The position numbers and the translations under genes were made by a program. Below the pieces are notes generated by a model. It did no database searches and had not been told where the DNA came from. It saw nothing but the letters and a program-made list of their open reading frames with translations. This document shows positions 1 to 11,488 of a stretch of 64,000 nucleotides of DNA, piece after piece; the first letter of the stretch is position 1, and each line of letters begins with the position of its first letter. Origin of the DNA: an uncultured delta proteobacterium (GTDB lineage: Bacteria > Desulfobacterota > RBG-13-43-22); assembly GCA_963743305.1 (NCBI GenBank), contig CAVUPH010000013.1, positions 230,903 to 294,902 of the forward strand, read 5' to 3'.

Positions 1-93
1 AAATTTTCATTTTCTGGTAAGCTCAACATAACCAAAACTAGGGGGTTGATCCCTTTTGGGGGTTTCATATCGGGAATTTCTGAAAATCCCACT

Positions 94-345
94 TCATATC
101 CCACGCCGGTTGAAGGGGCCCTCGATTTGTCCTGAAAAAGAGTTCCAGGACTTGGTATCCGGCTGCTGCCAGTCCGGGCCGAAACGGCGGTCAAAAAAAT
201 CGCCCAGGCGGCCAAACAAACGATTCCAGCCCTCGTCATTTTCGTATTGAAAGGATGTCCTCCCGGAAAGGGACCACCTCGCCCAGTTTCTCTTTGGGCA
301 GGTAGGCCCGAGCCGCTTTCTCAATGGACTTCTTCAGGGCCTCCC
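94..345 (-). pseudogene. C-terminal fragment of a single-domain response regulator (frameshifted, N-terminus missing)
   Basis: The minus strand reads EALKKSIEKAARAYLPKEKLGEVVPF, then after a frameshift GWNRLFGRLGDFFDRRFGPDWQ. This is the receiver beta5/Lys region plus a tail typical of deltaproteobacterial single-domain regulators. Confidence 0.55.
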
Positions 346-457
346 CCCTTTACCTAAAATTCCACAGGAGCATTCCGAGGAATTTGGGCTGAAGTTTCCG
401 TAGGAGGTAGGGAAGAGAAAGCCTCCAAGGGGTGTTTGTTCTTCCGGACCTTTCAGT

Positions 458-1003
458 TCAGGAAGTCAGGGGGCTTCTCCACTCAGGTGGCATTCCCACT
501 GTTGGAAAATTAAACCGTATATTTTCAGAAAGTCGACTCCACCAGGGGGAAAGGGGTTTTGTTAATAGGTGTTCTAAGGAAAAAGAAGGATCTCCACAAC
601 CACCTTCAAGAAAATAGACTTGCGGTTTTTTCCCATTTTGGGACCTCCTGAAACCATTCCAGACTTCCAATGAGGTTGGAGAATTTGAAAGGATAGCAAC
701 CGGCAAGTTCCGAAGTATGGCTATTCCCATAAGTTTGAGGCCACAATTCATAGTCGGATCAAGGACAACCAGATCATAGGTCCAGCATACAATCAATTCT
801 TTGGCTTCCCTATAGGTATTGGCTCTGTCCAGGCAGCATTCTAAAGAAGTTTTGTCTATTTTTTTCTCCATTTCCCTCAATAGATTAAGGCCATTGTCTA
901 CCCCAAGGATCCATTTTTTCGGCACAGCATTCCTTTCCATTTGCTGCCTCCTTTTAGCCTTTGCCAGCGTGACGACCCTTAGCAGGCTCTTTTTTACCGT
1001 CAT
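458..1003 (-). CDS. Degenerate/atypical receiver-domain protein
   Basis: ILGVDN...ANTYREAKELI..TYDLVVLD...GLKLM...LPVAILS follows the REC fold pattern, but the acidic pocket and conserved Lys are degraded. Confidence 0.55.
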   Translation of the reverse strand: MTVKKSLLRVVTLAKAKRRQQMERNAVPKKWILGVDNGLNLLREMEKKIDKTSLECCLDRANTYREAKELIVCWTYDLVVLDPTMNCGLKLMGIAILRNLPVAILSNSPTSLEVWNGFRRSQNGKKPQVYFLEGGCGDPSFSLEHLLTKPLSPWWSRLSENIRFNFPTVGMPPEWRSPLTS

Positions 1004-1105
1004 TCCGGCCCCGCCTTAAAAGCGGGGTGAACTCCAGCCGAAATCCAGACCTCTTATGCTGCTTCTACAGAGACCCTTAATAACACAGGAAAAGTCACCG
1101 ATTGG

Positions 1106-4100
1106 TCACGGATTGACCGAAATACAAGAAAAAATCGACAGGAAAGAAAAAAGTGACAGGAAAAGGTTAATTATGGATCTTTGGCGGGGGTGGTCAGGGT
1201 CCTGTACAGGGTCTTCGGTCTTGGGGGAGGGTTCGACTCCCAGAACGGAGGAGAGGGTGGTTTTCAACCGCCGGTAGACCTGTATCGCCTTGACGGTTTC
1301 ACCGAGACTCCCGTAGCAGGCCATGAGACGCCGATATAACTCCTCGGCCAGGTTATCGACCTCAAGGCCCTTCTGGTAAAGGGCGATGGCCCGCTCCCAT
1401 TGTTCCGATTGTTCCAGGGAACCACCCAGCATCTCCATCAGGAAAATGAACCGATTTCTTAGACGCTCGCGGAGAGGCAAGGCCCAGAAAGGCTCGGATC
1501 CCTCATCGGCCAGGAAAGGACCCTGGTACAGATCAACAGCCTTGACCATCAACTGCAACGCCTTGTCCTTGCTATCGCCCGAATGATTCCCTCTCCAAAA
1601 ATCCTCAGCCTTATTGGGTGAGGTGTTCAAAGGCCCAGACATCCACCCAGCAGTAACGAGGACTCAGGCTCACCCTCCCGGCCTGAACCTCCAGGACTTT
1701 TTCACCCAGCAACTGGCGCAGACGGGAAAGGGTGGTGGTCAAGGCGCTGTAGGCCTGGTCGCCGTCGGCCTCGGGCCAGAGGATGTCCATCAACCGCTCC
1801 TCATCCACATCCCTCCCTCCGAGGGCGATGACGGCCTTCAGCAGGAGCAGCGGCTTCTTCTGAATTTTCCGTGGAAATTGAACTGGGTTCCCGTCTTTAA
1901 GCAGTTCAAACCTTCCGAGGGTGCGGATTTTAACCGGCCAGGGCCAGTTTTCCAGATGGAGCGGGGGCATCTCGGGGATCAATCGCCGCTTCCGGATGAT
2001 CTCCTGCACATAGGGCACTTCAATCCCTTCTTCAAGGGCCTTTATACAGAGCCCGGCCGTAACCGCCGGCTGATCGACAAACGTGTTCAGAAATCCTTTT
2101 TCTTTCCCAATGGCCAGGGCCTTCCGAAGCGAGGCCAATCCGCGGATCTCTTCCCCCTGGTCGAAGTAAAAGTGCGCCTCTATCATGAGGCCATGATATT
2201 CGAATACCTTGCTTTTCAACCTTTCGGTAATGAGGGAGGCCTCCTGGAGATGCCCCCAGGCTTCCCGGTGCTTTCCGCTACCGTGCATGACCTGGGCGAT
2301 CAACAGATGTGTCAGACATAGGCTGTCATACGCTCCGACTTCCGTGTTTGTTTTCAAAGCCAACTCGACCTCGGCAGCCGCCGCGCTCAACTCTGACCGC
2401 AAAAGGAACTGACGGGCCTGGACGAAATGATACAATCCTTTTTCAAATGGTCTGAGACGATCCCGGGCGAAGAGCAATCTTTTCCAGCAGGCCCTGGGCC
2501 ATCCCCAGATCACCCGTGTTCTGGCAACAGATTACGCCATGCGCCAACAGGACATAATCGAAAAGGTATATTCCGGTCCTCTCGGAGGTCTTCAGCCCGT
2601 CGGAAACGGCCAGGAGACATTTCCCGTCATCACCGGTTAAACCGAAGTGCATCGCTTCCGCCAGCCGCGTCATGATGAGGATAAAAGGTGAGGCTTCTTC
2701 GGACTGAGCCAGGTGTTGCAATGACCGGACCCCCAGGGATGACTGCTCATAATCACCGTTAGCCAGGTAGTAATGAACCAGTTGCAAAAGAATCTGGGCC
2801 TTGGCGACTGGATTTCCGGGTTCCGGCACGATGGATTCGGCGCGTCTTATCCAGACCCCGGTTTCCCCATGTTCGGGACGTCGATAGGTCAACGCGGTGA
2901 ACATGCTTGACACTACCTGGAATCCAGACTTCCGGAGGGATAATCCTCTCGGGATTCTGCGGCAACGCCGGGAAGTTTTGAATCCATCGATCCAGGGGTA
3001 AATAATCCTCAAACCGGTAGATGATGGAATACACAACCCCCGACCAGGCGAGCAGGACACCAATTATATCACCGTGGCCCCTGAATTGCTCAAAGGCCCG
3101 CTCCAGATACGATTGCGCGCGGACGGGATCGAACGGGAATCGGGCAGTCCCCTTCCAGTAGAGAAGCCAGGGATCCTGTTCAACGAGATCCCTGGGGAGG
3201 CTGTCCAGCCATTCTTCCAGAGTGCGATATCTTCCCTGGGCGAGAATCGAGGGGGCCTCCTTCAGGATGAGCTGAACCAACGCTTCCCAATCGCCAAGAC
3301 CTCGATAGAGTGAAATGGCGGCCTCTATCCGGCCGGCTTCCTCAAGAAGAAAGGCCGTTTGACGGATCAAGGTCGATAGCCTCTCCTGGGAAAACGTTTC
3401 TCTGGCCCGGGCCGTCAGGAACTCCCGAAACAAAGGATGATACTGAAAAACAGGATCAGCGGAATAATACCTCTCGGTAAAATAATTATTTCTGCTAAGG
3501 GTCAATAGAATACTACCGGCATTAGAGAGGCCGGAAAGTTGTTCCGCCACTTTTATGGTAATCTTAGGCAGAAAAGCGGTCTGGAGTAAGAAATCCTGGG
3601 TCGCTTTGTCTGTTTTATTGAATAATTCATTCCCGAAATAATCGATGATCTCCTCCGGGGCCATCTTTCCAATTAAATGAGGCGCCACCCCCCTCTTCAT
3701 GCTCTCCAACATCAAAACCAGGCCGGCGACCCAACCGTCGGCGGCCTGGTGCAGTTGCCCGATGACCTCCTTTGACCGGATTTCCTGGGCCTTCAACGGC
3801 ACGATCCCGATCGTCTCCTCCAGGGTCAAGCGCAGGTCATCCCAGCCAAGCATTTTCATCAATCCATTGGCCCGCAACCTGGACAAGGCGGGAGGCGGGT
3901 CCTGGCGGCTGATGACGATGACCTGGATCCCGTCGGGTATCGTGCTGATCCCCTGGTTGATCACCTCATGAAAAAGGGATTCGGCCGGTACCGTCTGGTA
4001 ATTATCCAGAACCAGGATGGAAGGGAGCTTAAGCCGGCTGAAAAGGTTCTCAAAGTACCTTAAGGAAAAGGTGGATAGGCCTTGTAAGTATTCGGGGGTG

Positions 4101-4398
4101 AAAAGGGGCAGGGGTTTTCGTTTTTGAGGGGCTGCCTTTTTCGCGGCCAGGCCCAGGTAGCTGAAGAAGGCGGCGATGTCCGCATCTCTTTCATCCACCT
4201 GGTACCAGAGGCAGGGGATCTTATTCCCTCGAGATAGCTGGCGACCAGCGTCGTCTTCCCGGAACCGGCCGGGGCGGAAATCCAGGTCACCGGATATTTT
4301 CGCGTTTCATCAAGCAAGCCAAACAGCCTATCCCTCGGGAAAACACCCCTGATTCTCGGGCGGGTAATCTTGGCGATGGGGGCGAGCCTCTCAGACAT
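1106..4398 (-). pseudogene. MalT-like STAND ATPase-TPR-wHTH-BTAD transcriptional regulator, split by about 4 frameshifts
   Basis: Consecutive ORFs 4060-4398 (KITRP, Walker A APAGSGKTT), 2759-4198 (LVLDNY, ISRQDPP, GWVAGLVL, YHPLFREFL), 2443-3063, 1611-2513 (TLGRFEL, LWPEAD, TTLSRLR, WVDVWAFE) and 1106-1642 (LYQGPFL, EELYRRLM, LGVEPS). The frameshifts may be sequencing errors. Confidence 0.85.
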
Positions 4399-4775
4399 GG
4401 TCAGCCTCTATAACCCGTTATAACCCGTTGTCCATTTTTGGCTTTGGAGTGAGCGTTGGCGTCGGCCTGGTCGGCGGGGTCGCCGTCCCTACGAAAAATC
4501 CTACTCGATTCCTACAAGATAAAAACCACGAATATTGTCGGAATATGAGGTTATTGAGGGAGGAAGTCAAGGGATTTATATTTCTGATAACAGTCCAAGG
4601 CAAACGATTTGTACTGGAAATCCGCGATTTTTAGCCAAAACGTAAAAAAAACATTACAGGAAGTCCTCAAACTCCCGTGAAATTTCCCCTCCATCATAAA
4701 ATTGAGGATAGCACTTACAAGTCCTTTAACAGGATCGATTTCAAGGATAACGATTACCCTTTAAAGTGATCAAAT

Positions 4776-4805
4776 GTTGGGTGGATCAAGCGAAGCGGAT
4801 CCACC
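4776..4805 (+). repeat. REP-like palindrome, family 2 (GTTGGGTGGATCAAGCGAAGCGGATCCACC)
   Basis: Near-identical inverted copy at 52735-52763, which carries a canonical GTAG end. Internal hairpin GTGGATC/GATCCAC. Confidence 0.7.
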
Positions 4806-5041
4806 AACCCTTTATTCAATAGACTTTTTAGAAATGCCAACGGGTTTCTCCGCACCACAATCCGCACAAAAATGACTCCCCTCGATAGCTCGCCGAAAGG
4901 AACGGAAACGTGAAATATTGGTTTTGACATCCGGTCAAGATCTATTATAAAATCCAACGGGTAGAGGCATAAAGTCCCTGATGGTAAAAAAGTCAAATCC
5001 TTAGCCAAGATAGGAACGGAAAGCCACAGGAGGTATTCAGC

Positions 5042-6316
5042 ATGACTATTCATCTGAAACGTACGGTTTTCTTTCTTTGTATCTTGAATTTTGGGTTGGG
5101 TTGTTGCCTGGGCAACCGTGCCAATGCGGGCGAGGACCCCGGGATCATCTATCAGCTTTTTCTTTCAAATGTTTTTTATCAACACGATCCCATGAAAATA
5201 AGAGGACGTGTATTTTTATTAACCGATAATAGAATTGGGTTACCAGATGTCGTGATATACAGTGCGGAACCGTTCCTGGGAGGGTATAGGGCCGGATACT
5301 AAATATGTCCCAGTGGCGGTAACCGACGGCAACGGAAACTATGAATTTACTGCGGAAGATCGTTGGTATCATTTAATACCTCGAAAAAATGGCTACCAAT
5401 TTACTCCTGAGGCTTCTAGCGGCAGCGGCCGTGATTTTATGTGGCCAAACTTTGCTGCTTATTGGCCCCGGGAAATAAGCGGACGCGTAACTTATTCCGA
5501 CGGAAGTGGTTTTGCAAATGTCGGGATATATCATAATACTATCCAAATAGCGGTAACCGATGGCCAGGGATATTATAGGGTAAGTTTATTTCCAAGTGAG
5601 CTCACTTTAATACCTCAAGCAAGCGGCTACCTATTTACTCCTCCGTCTCGTTCTATTCCAGCAGACCAAAGCAACCATGGAAATGAAGATTTTACTGCTC
5701 AAACAGCAGTTACCCTCAGTGGCAATGTAAAATGGAAATAACGGTATTCTCACGCCACGATTCCATCTAATCCATTACCCATGGTAGCGATGGAGGCCTA
5801 TGCGGAAGACGGTTCTCTATACTACAGGGCTGCCACGGATGTGGATGGAAATTATTCCATCCCTGTTCCAAGTGGCTGGAACAGGATGGATCAAGCCTTC
5901 CAAAGAGGGTTTTGAGTTCTCTCCTGAAAAAATTAATCATTCCTCCCTGATACATAACGACATGTATAACTTTTCGGCGCCCAGACCTACGAGTTTTGGA
6001 GGTCATATTTACAAAATTACTGTTTCGGTAAGAGACCAGAATGACCATGTCCCGCTCACGAGTAACCATATTTATATTCACTTTGACGGGATCAACTATG
6101 CCAATGGGAGTCATACTTTCTCAAACGGAGTCGGGACTTCATCCGACTCCTGGGGAATGTCATATCTTATGCTCCTTCAAGGCTGGATAGGAGATATAAC
6201 ACCAACCAATGACGGGTATAGTTTCTATTCTTTATAACTTTAATCCGGCATCAATCCGCTTGAGCAACCCGATTACTTCCGACATGACGTTTTCTTTTAC
6301 GGCCACGCCAAAATAA
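5042..6316 (+). pseudogene. Secreted protein with repeated carboxypeptidase-regulatory-like (prealbumin-fold) domains, frameshifted
   Basis: Signal peptide at 5042. Repeats of ISGRV...TDGNGNY...LIP...GY.FTP run across ORFs 5042-5302, 5262-5741 and 5800-6237, and the last frame ends FSFTATPK* at 6316. Confidence 0.65.
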
Positions 6317-6416
6317 CCAGGCCGGGGAGGCCAGACCCTGATCGGCACCTTCGGCCAGTCGGCCACCTTTGATTATTTCATTGGGTTCTCCCTCATTTTG
6401 TCGACCCAGGTAATTG

Positions 6417-6486
6417 GTAGGGCGTGTTCGCCGAACGCGCCGTCCGGACGTCCGGGGATTCGGACGGCTCGGCGAGCCGTCCCTAC
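6417..6486. repeat. Inverted GTAG-REP doublet (REPIN-like), downstream of RAYT
   Basis: GTAGGGCGTGTTCGCCGAACGCGCCG (6417-6442, +) and CGGACGGCTCGGCGAGCCGTCCCTAC (6461-6486, GTAG on -). Confidence 0.85.
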
Positions 6487-6542
6487 CGATATTCACACGG
6501 TTGGGGGAATGGCCCCTATCGGGTATGTTTCGCCAAAGGGGC

Positions 6543-7151
6543 CTACCCTGGCGGACATTTCGGCGAAACGTCGCTACCATTTCGTCCGATTCCGATTTCC
6601 TCTTTGTTGATCCAGAAATAGGGCCAGGCTTCCGGAGTGGGAACGAGGGCGGCACGAACTGGATTTTGTAAAATGTAATTCCATTTTTCAGCCAGGGATT
6701 CCTCGTTGCGGATGCGGTGGTCGAAGAAATCGCGTTGCCAGCGGATGCCGGCATAGCGGGCGGTGTAGCGTTTCCAGTCGCGAACGATCTTTTCCATTGA
6801 TTGTTCGGGGGAGAAGGCTATCAAGGCATGGAGGTGGTCCGGCATGAAGAGCACGAGACGCGGCCACCATTGTCCTTTTTCGATTCGAACGAGCAGGCTT
6901 TCCGTCAAGGCCTTTACTGCTGAAGGGAAGGCCAACTGATTCTGTCCCCGTGGAACGCAATTGACGGTAATGAAAAATGTCGCCCCATTTGTGACCCAAG
7001 AAGCCACGCCGTGCCAAAGAATTTTTCGTTTCGGTAGGGCGTGTTCGCCGAACGCGCCGTCCTTTGGATTCGGACGGTTCGGCGAACCGTCCCTACCTGG
7101 GATCGGACGGTTCGGCGAGCCGTCCCTACCGATATCGTTGTTTATTGCCAT
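6543..7151 (-). mobile_element. rayT: REP-associated tyrosine transposase (RAYT, Y1 HUH family)
   Basis: TFFITVNC, MPDHLH (HUH), WKRYTA, WQRDFFDHRIR and YILQNPVRAALV motifs, with GTAG REPs on both sides. Confidence 0.85.
7034..7129. repeat. Three GTAG REPs at the 5' end of RAYT
   Basis: 7034-7059 (+) is identical to 6417-6442. 7071-7096 and 7104-7129 (-) are near-identical to 6461-6486. Confidence 0.85.
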
Positions 7152-7169
7152 AAGGCGGCCGCCCGCTCA

Positions 7170-8675
7170 TTACTCCTCGCCGAGGGCTTCCTCCCTCGTT
7201 TTGGAAAAGGCCGGGATAAAAACCAGGAGCATGGCCAGCAGGGCGATCACCAGCAGGGTGGCGCTGATCGGCCGCCGCAGGAAAACCATCGGGTCGCCGC
7301 GGGACATGAGCATGGCCCGTCGGAGATACTCTTCCATCAACGGTCCGAGAATGAAGGCCAGCAGCATCGGCGCCGGTTCGCAATCGAGCTTGCTGAAGAC
7401 ATATCCCAGCAGGCCGAAGAGGGCCATGAGGTAGATATCAAAAACGCTGTTGTTCAGGCTGAACGCCCCGATGGCACAGAAGACCAGGATAGCCGGATAG
7501 AGAAACCGGTAAGGCACCATGATAATACGCACCCAGAGGCCGATCATCGGCAGGTTGAGTACGACCAGGAAAAGGTTGCCGATCCACATGGAAACGATGA
7601 TTCCCCAGAAGAGCCCCGGCTGCTCGGTGATGACCGAGGGCCCCGGCTGAATGCCCTGGATGATCATCGCCCCGACCATGAGGGCCATCACCGGGTTGGA
7701 GGGGATGCCTAAAGTCAGCATCGGGATAAACGAGGTCTGGGCCCCGGCGTTATTGGCCGATTCGGGGGCGGCCACCCCCTCGATGGCCCCCTTACCAAAC
7801 TGCTTGGAGTTCTTCGAGATTTTCTTTTCCAGGGAATAGGCCGCGAAGGATCCCAGGATGGAGCCGCTGCCCGGCAGGATGCCCAGAGCCGAACCTAAAG
7901 CGGTCCCCCGCAGGATCGGTCCGATCATGCGTCTCCAATCTTCCCGGGTCGGCATCAGACTGGTGATTTTCTTGGTTACCAGGCCGGAGCTTTCGTCCCC
8001 CGGCTCCAGGTTGCGAATAATCTCGCTCAGGCCGAACATGCCCATAGCCACCACTACGAATCCAATGCCGTCGGCCAGTTGGGGCAGGCCGAAGGTAAAC
8101 CGCTGGCCGCCCGAGGTTACATCCGAACCGACCAGTCCCAACAGCAGGCCGACAACGACCATGCCGATGGCGTGCAGCAGCGACCCATGGGCCAATACCA
8201 CCGAGGCGACTAAGCCCAGAACCATGAGCGAGAAATAATCGGCGGGCCCGAACTTGAGCGCCACTTCCGCGAGGGGCGGAGCGAAGAGGGCCAGCAGGAG
8301 GGTCGCCACCGTGCCGGCAAAAAAGGAACCGATGGCGGCCGTGGCCAGGGCTACACCGGCCCGTCCTTGAAGCGCCATTTGATAGCCGTCCAGGGTGGTG
8401 ACCACCGAGGCTGCTTCACCCGGCAGATTGACCAATATGGAGGTGGTAGACCCCCCGTATTGGGAACCGTAGTAGATGCCCGCCAGCATGATCAGGGCCG
8501 AGACCGGCGGTAAAACAAAGGTAATGGGCAGCAGCATGGAGATGGTGGCGGTCGGGCCGAGACCGGGCAGCACCCCGATCAGAGTGCCGAGAAAGACACC
8601 GGCCAGACAATACAAAAGGTTGGCCGGGGTTAAGGCGACTCCCAGACCTAAGCCGAGGTTGGCAATCAGTTCCAT
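7170..8675 (-). CDS. tctA: Tripartite tricarboxylate transporter large permease
   Basis: GTLIGVLPGLG, YYGSQYGGS, GVAAPESANNA and LTLGIP motifs; 501 aa polytopic protein. Confidence 0.95.
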   Translation of the reverse strand: MELIANLGLGLGVALTPANLLYCLAGVFLGTLIGVLPGLGPTATISMLLPITFVLPPVSALIMLAGIYYGSQYGGSTTSILVNLPGEAASVVTTLDGYQMALQGRAGVALATAAIGSFFAGTVATLLLALFAPPLAEVALKFGPADYFSLMVLGLVASVVLAHGSLLHAIGMVVVGLLLGLVGSDVTSGGQRFTFGLPQLADGIGFVVVAMGMFGLSEIIRNLEPGDESSGLVTKKITSLMPTREDWRRMIGPILRGTALGSALGILPGSGSILGSFAAYSLEKKISKNSKQFGKGAIEGVAAPESANNAGAQTSFIPMLTLGIPSNPVMALMVGAMIIQGIQPGPSVITEQPGLFWGIIVSMWIGNLFLVVLNLPMIGLWVRIIMVPYRFLYPAILVFCAIGAFSLNNSVFDIYLMALFGLLGYVFSKLDCEPAPMLLAFILGPLMEEYLRRAMLMSRGDPMVFLRRPISATLLVIALLAMLLVFIPAFSKTREEALGEE

Positions 8676-8722
8676 ACGGCTCCTTTTGGATTCAAATCCG
8701 ATACGCTTTCGAATTTACAGAT

Positions 8723-9190
8723 CTAATCCCCGAACCAGGACCCCAGTATCGGTAGCGGGACCCCCAACCCCTTCAGGAAAACAAGCGAGCAAAAAACGGT
8801 CAGTCCGGCCGCCAGGGCCAGGGCCGGGCCCCAACGGAACCGGCGGCTGGCATAAGAGCTGACAAGTACCAATAAGGGCAGGGCCACGATCAGGCCGGCT
8901 CCCCGGACCAGCAGGCCGAACAGAAACGTCGGGACCACGACCAGCAGGAGTCCTTTGACCGTAAAGGCGCCGATAGGGGTGCCCGGCTGGATAAATGAGC
9001 GAACCAGGGAGATGAGTCCGATGAAGATCAGTAAAAAACTGAGCACCAGGGGGAAGTAGGCCGGGCCCATCCGGAGGGCGGTCCCGATGCCGTAATCACC
9101 AAGGATGGCGATCAAAACAGCCCCCGATCCGATCGCCATATAGATCAACCCGGTCAGGAAATCTTTGCTGCTGCGGATGGATGAGGCCAG
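8723..9190 (-). CDS. tctB: Tripartite tricarboxylate transporter small permease
   Basis: MGPAYFP motif, about 4 TM helices, LGVPLP end. The frame extends upstream (SSIRSSKDFLTGLIY) to a CTG 5 nt after GGAGG. Confidence 0.88.
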   Translation of the reverse strand: MASSIRSSKDFLTGLIYMAIGSGAVLIAILGDYGIGTALRMGPAYFPLVLSFLLIFIGLISLVRSFIQPGTPIGAFTVKGLLLVVVPTFLFGLLVRGAGLIVALPLLVLVSSYASRRFRWGPALALAAGLTVFCSLVFLKGLGVPLPILGSWFGD

Positions 9191-9202
9191 CGGACCCTCC
9201 CT

Positions 9203-10180
9203 TTAGTCGGCGTAAATACCGGCCTTCTTGATGATCGGCGCCCATTTGTCCACTTCGGCCTTGAGGTGAGCGCGGAGGGCCTCGGGGGTAGCCCGCTTTT
9301 CGGATACCGGTTCGACGCCTAATTCGGCGAAGCGCTGCTTAACCGTGGCCTCCTTCAAGGCCTCATGCAGGGCCTTCACCAGCTTGTCGATGATCGGCTT
9401 CGGCGTGCCCTTCGGGGCATAGAGGGCATGCCAGACGCTGATCTCAAAGTTGGGTAACCCGGCTTCGGTCATGGTCGGTACGTCGGGCAGCGAGGGCACC
9501 CGCGTCCTGGTGGTTACCCCGTACACCTTGATTTTACCGCCTTTGATCTGGCTGGTGGTATTGGTGGTCTGATCGCACATGAAGTCCACCTGGCCGCCCA
9601 GGAGGTCGTTCATGGCCGGACCCGTACCTTTGTAGGGGATGGTGGTCAGGTCCGTCTGGATCGCGGCCATAAAGAGCATGCCGCACAAATGCGAGGCGGC
9701 CCCCAGGCCGGCGTTGGCATAGGTGACTTTATCCTTGTTGGCTTTAACGTAGGCGATCAGCTCCTTGAGGTTTTTGGCCGGAAAATCTTTTTTGGCCACC
9801 AGGGTCATCGGGCCGTCGGTTACCAGTCCAATGGGTTCGAAATCCTGAAAAACATCATAAGGCAGCTTGCGATACAAGGAAGGGGCGGTGGATTGGCCGA
9901 TGTGGTGCAAGAAAATCGTGTAGCCGTCCGGGGCCGATCGCGCCACCCGGGCCGCCGCGATGGTGCCGCCGGCCCCGCCCACGTTCTCGATGATAATCTG
10001 GGCCTTCAGCGATTCGCCCATGGCCCGGGCGGTCAGACGGCCCACGGTATCCGTAGGGCCGCCCGCCGAGAAGGGAATGATCATGGTGATGACTTTGGTT
10101 GGGTACTGTTGGGCGAACGCCGACGAGGGGACGAGCAACGCCAGGCCCATGAGGATGCGAACAAAAAATCTGACGATCAT
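9203..10180 (-). CDS. tctC: Tripartite tricarboxylate transporter substrate-binding protein (Bug/TctC)
   Basis: Signal peptide, YPTKVITMIIPFSAGGPTD, ENVGGAGG, PDGYT, PYKGTGPAMNDLLGGQVD. Confidence 0.95.
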   Translation of the reverse strand: MIVRFFVRILMGLALLVPSSAFAQQYPTKVITMIIPFSAGGPTDTVGRLTARAMGESLKAQIIIENVGGAGGTIAAARVARSAPDGYTIFLHHIGQSTAPSLYRKLPYDVFQDFEPIGLVTDGPMTLVAKKDFPAKNLKELIAYVKANKDKVTYANAGLGAASHLCGMLFMAAIQTDLTTIPYKGTGPAMNDLLGGQVDFMCDQTTNTTSQIKGGKIKVYGVTTRTRVPSLPDVPTMTEAGLPNFEISVWHALYAPKGTPKPIIDKLVKALHEALKEATVKQRFAELGVEPVSEKRATPEALRAHLKAEVDKWAPIIKKAGIYAD

Positions 10181-10455
10181 GATTTACCTCCTTTATCTCT
10201 TGGTGACCCGTTCTTTGGCTCGGAAAATATAAAATAATAAAAAGACGCGGTCAATGAGAAACATCGGAATGAGGGTATTGAAATACAGACCTTATAAATC
10301 CAAAATACAGCTTTGATAGTATTTACATGGGACCCTTAAGGGATAAAAATATCATTTAACCTATTATCAACCTATATCCAAGAGGAAGGCGGCGAGAATC
10401 GACTTATTCTTTTAAGAAACCCGAAGAGGGATTCAAATTATCAGAGGAGGGAGAC

Positions 10456-10920
10456 ATGAGAATGCTGAAAGTGGCCAGAAACTTGGTTGTGGTTGTTGCT
10501 TTAATCGGGATCGTCATATCTTCGATTTACGTCATGGCCGAGGATCGCGGGAAGGGAGGGGTCAGCAAGGAGTTGGAAAAATCCATCGGGATGCCGGCCC
10601 TGACCGGGGAACTCTGGCAGAAGATGGAGCAAGACGCCAAGGTGGCCTTTATCTGGGGACTCTGGCATACGGTAGCCATGGAGCAGTATATGATGAACAA
10701 GTATCCGGACCTTAAAAGAGAAAATTTTTCCTCAAAAGTCATCGAAGCGTGTGAGAAGACATGTGTGACGATGAATCAAGCGGTGGCCATGATAGATGAA
10801 TACTACCAAACGAACCCGGATCATCTTGAAAAGCCGGTGGTCGGCGTGTTCTGGCACTTAGTGGTCAGGCCGAATATAACAACGGGGATTGCCGGCCGTC
10901 CGCTGAAGCCGGAAAATTAA
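10456..10920 (+). CDS. Exported hypothetical protein
   Basis: GGAGG RBS, N-terminal hydrophobic segment, 154 aa. Confidence 0.75.
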   Translation: MRMLKVARNLVVVVALIGIVISSIYVMAEDRGKGGVSKELEKSIGMPALTGELWQKMEQDAKVAFIWGLWHTVAMEQYMMNKYPDLKRENFSSKVIEACEKTCVTMNQAVAMIDEYYQTNPDHLEKPVVGVFWHLVVRPNITTGIAGRPLKPEN

Positions 10921-10938
10921 ACAAAGAGGAGTGAAAAA

Positions 10939-11184
10939 ATGAAACGCTTGATGATTGTCTTAGCAATTCTCGTTTTTATGTTTGCTTTAACCGGATGCGT
11001 AGGAATGTCCAGAACGCAACAGAGCACTTTGAGCGGAGCGGCCATTGGAGCCGGCGGAGGTGCTTTGTTCAGTACTGTTGTCGGTGGAAGTACTCTCGGA
11101 GGTGCCGCTCTTGGCGCCGGGGTAGGGGCCCTGGGCGGATATTTAGTCGGAGAGTCTGGTGGAGGGTACAGGCATAGAAGATAG
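10939..11184 (+). CDS. Glycine-zipper lipoprotein
   Basis: Lipobox LTGC followed by GAAIGAGGGA...GAALGAGVGALGG. Confidence 0.85.
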   Translation: MKRLMIVLAILVFMFALTGCVGMSRTQQSTLSGAAIGAGGGALFSTVVGGSTLGGAALGAGVGALGGYLVGESGGGYRHRR

Positions 11185-11338
11185 GAAATGACTTCGGCGC
11201 TTATTTAGGGGGCGGGTTGGATATCCTGTTGTCAGCCAAGGGAAATCCCTCTCGTCATTTCAGGCTTGACCCGGAATCCAGGGTTTTTATGTTCGTTCTA
11301 TAGTAAGACTGTTAATAGGTGATGGAAAGGAGTTGACA

Positions 11339-11488
11339 ATGCTGTGGACCATATTTGTGATTCTCCTGATTCTATGGCTTTTGGGATTGATCAGCGGTTA
11401 CACGATTGGTGGGTTCGTTCATGTCCTTCTAGTCATCGCCATCGTTGTAGTACTGATCCGAGTCATTCAGGGACGAAGACCATTTTAA
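11339..11488 (+). CDS. Small membrane protein, lmo0937 family (not in ORF track)
   Basis: Manual translation MLWTIFVILLILWLLGLISGYTIGGFVHVLLVIAIVVVLIRVIQGRRPF*, with AGGAG RBS. Confidence 0.85.
   Translation: MLWTIFVILLILWLLGLISGYTIGGFVHVLLVIAIVVVLIRVIQGRRPF

Noticed and set aside
4754-5053. 99-aa minus-strand ORF
   Set aside because: It overlaps the promoter region of the 5042 gene and a REP, with no RBS or motif support.
6417-7129. Short palindromic repeats as a CRISPR array
   Set aside because: They are inverted doublets with GTAG ends around a RAYT, with no regular unique spacers and no cas genes.
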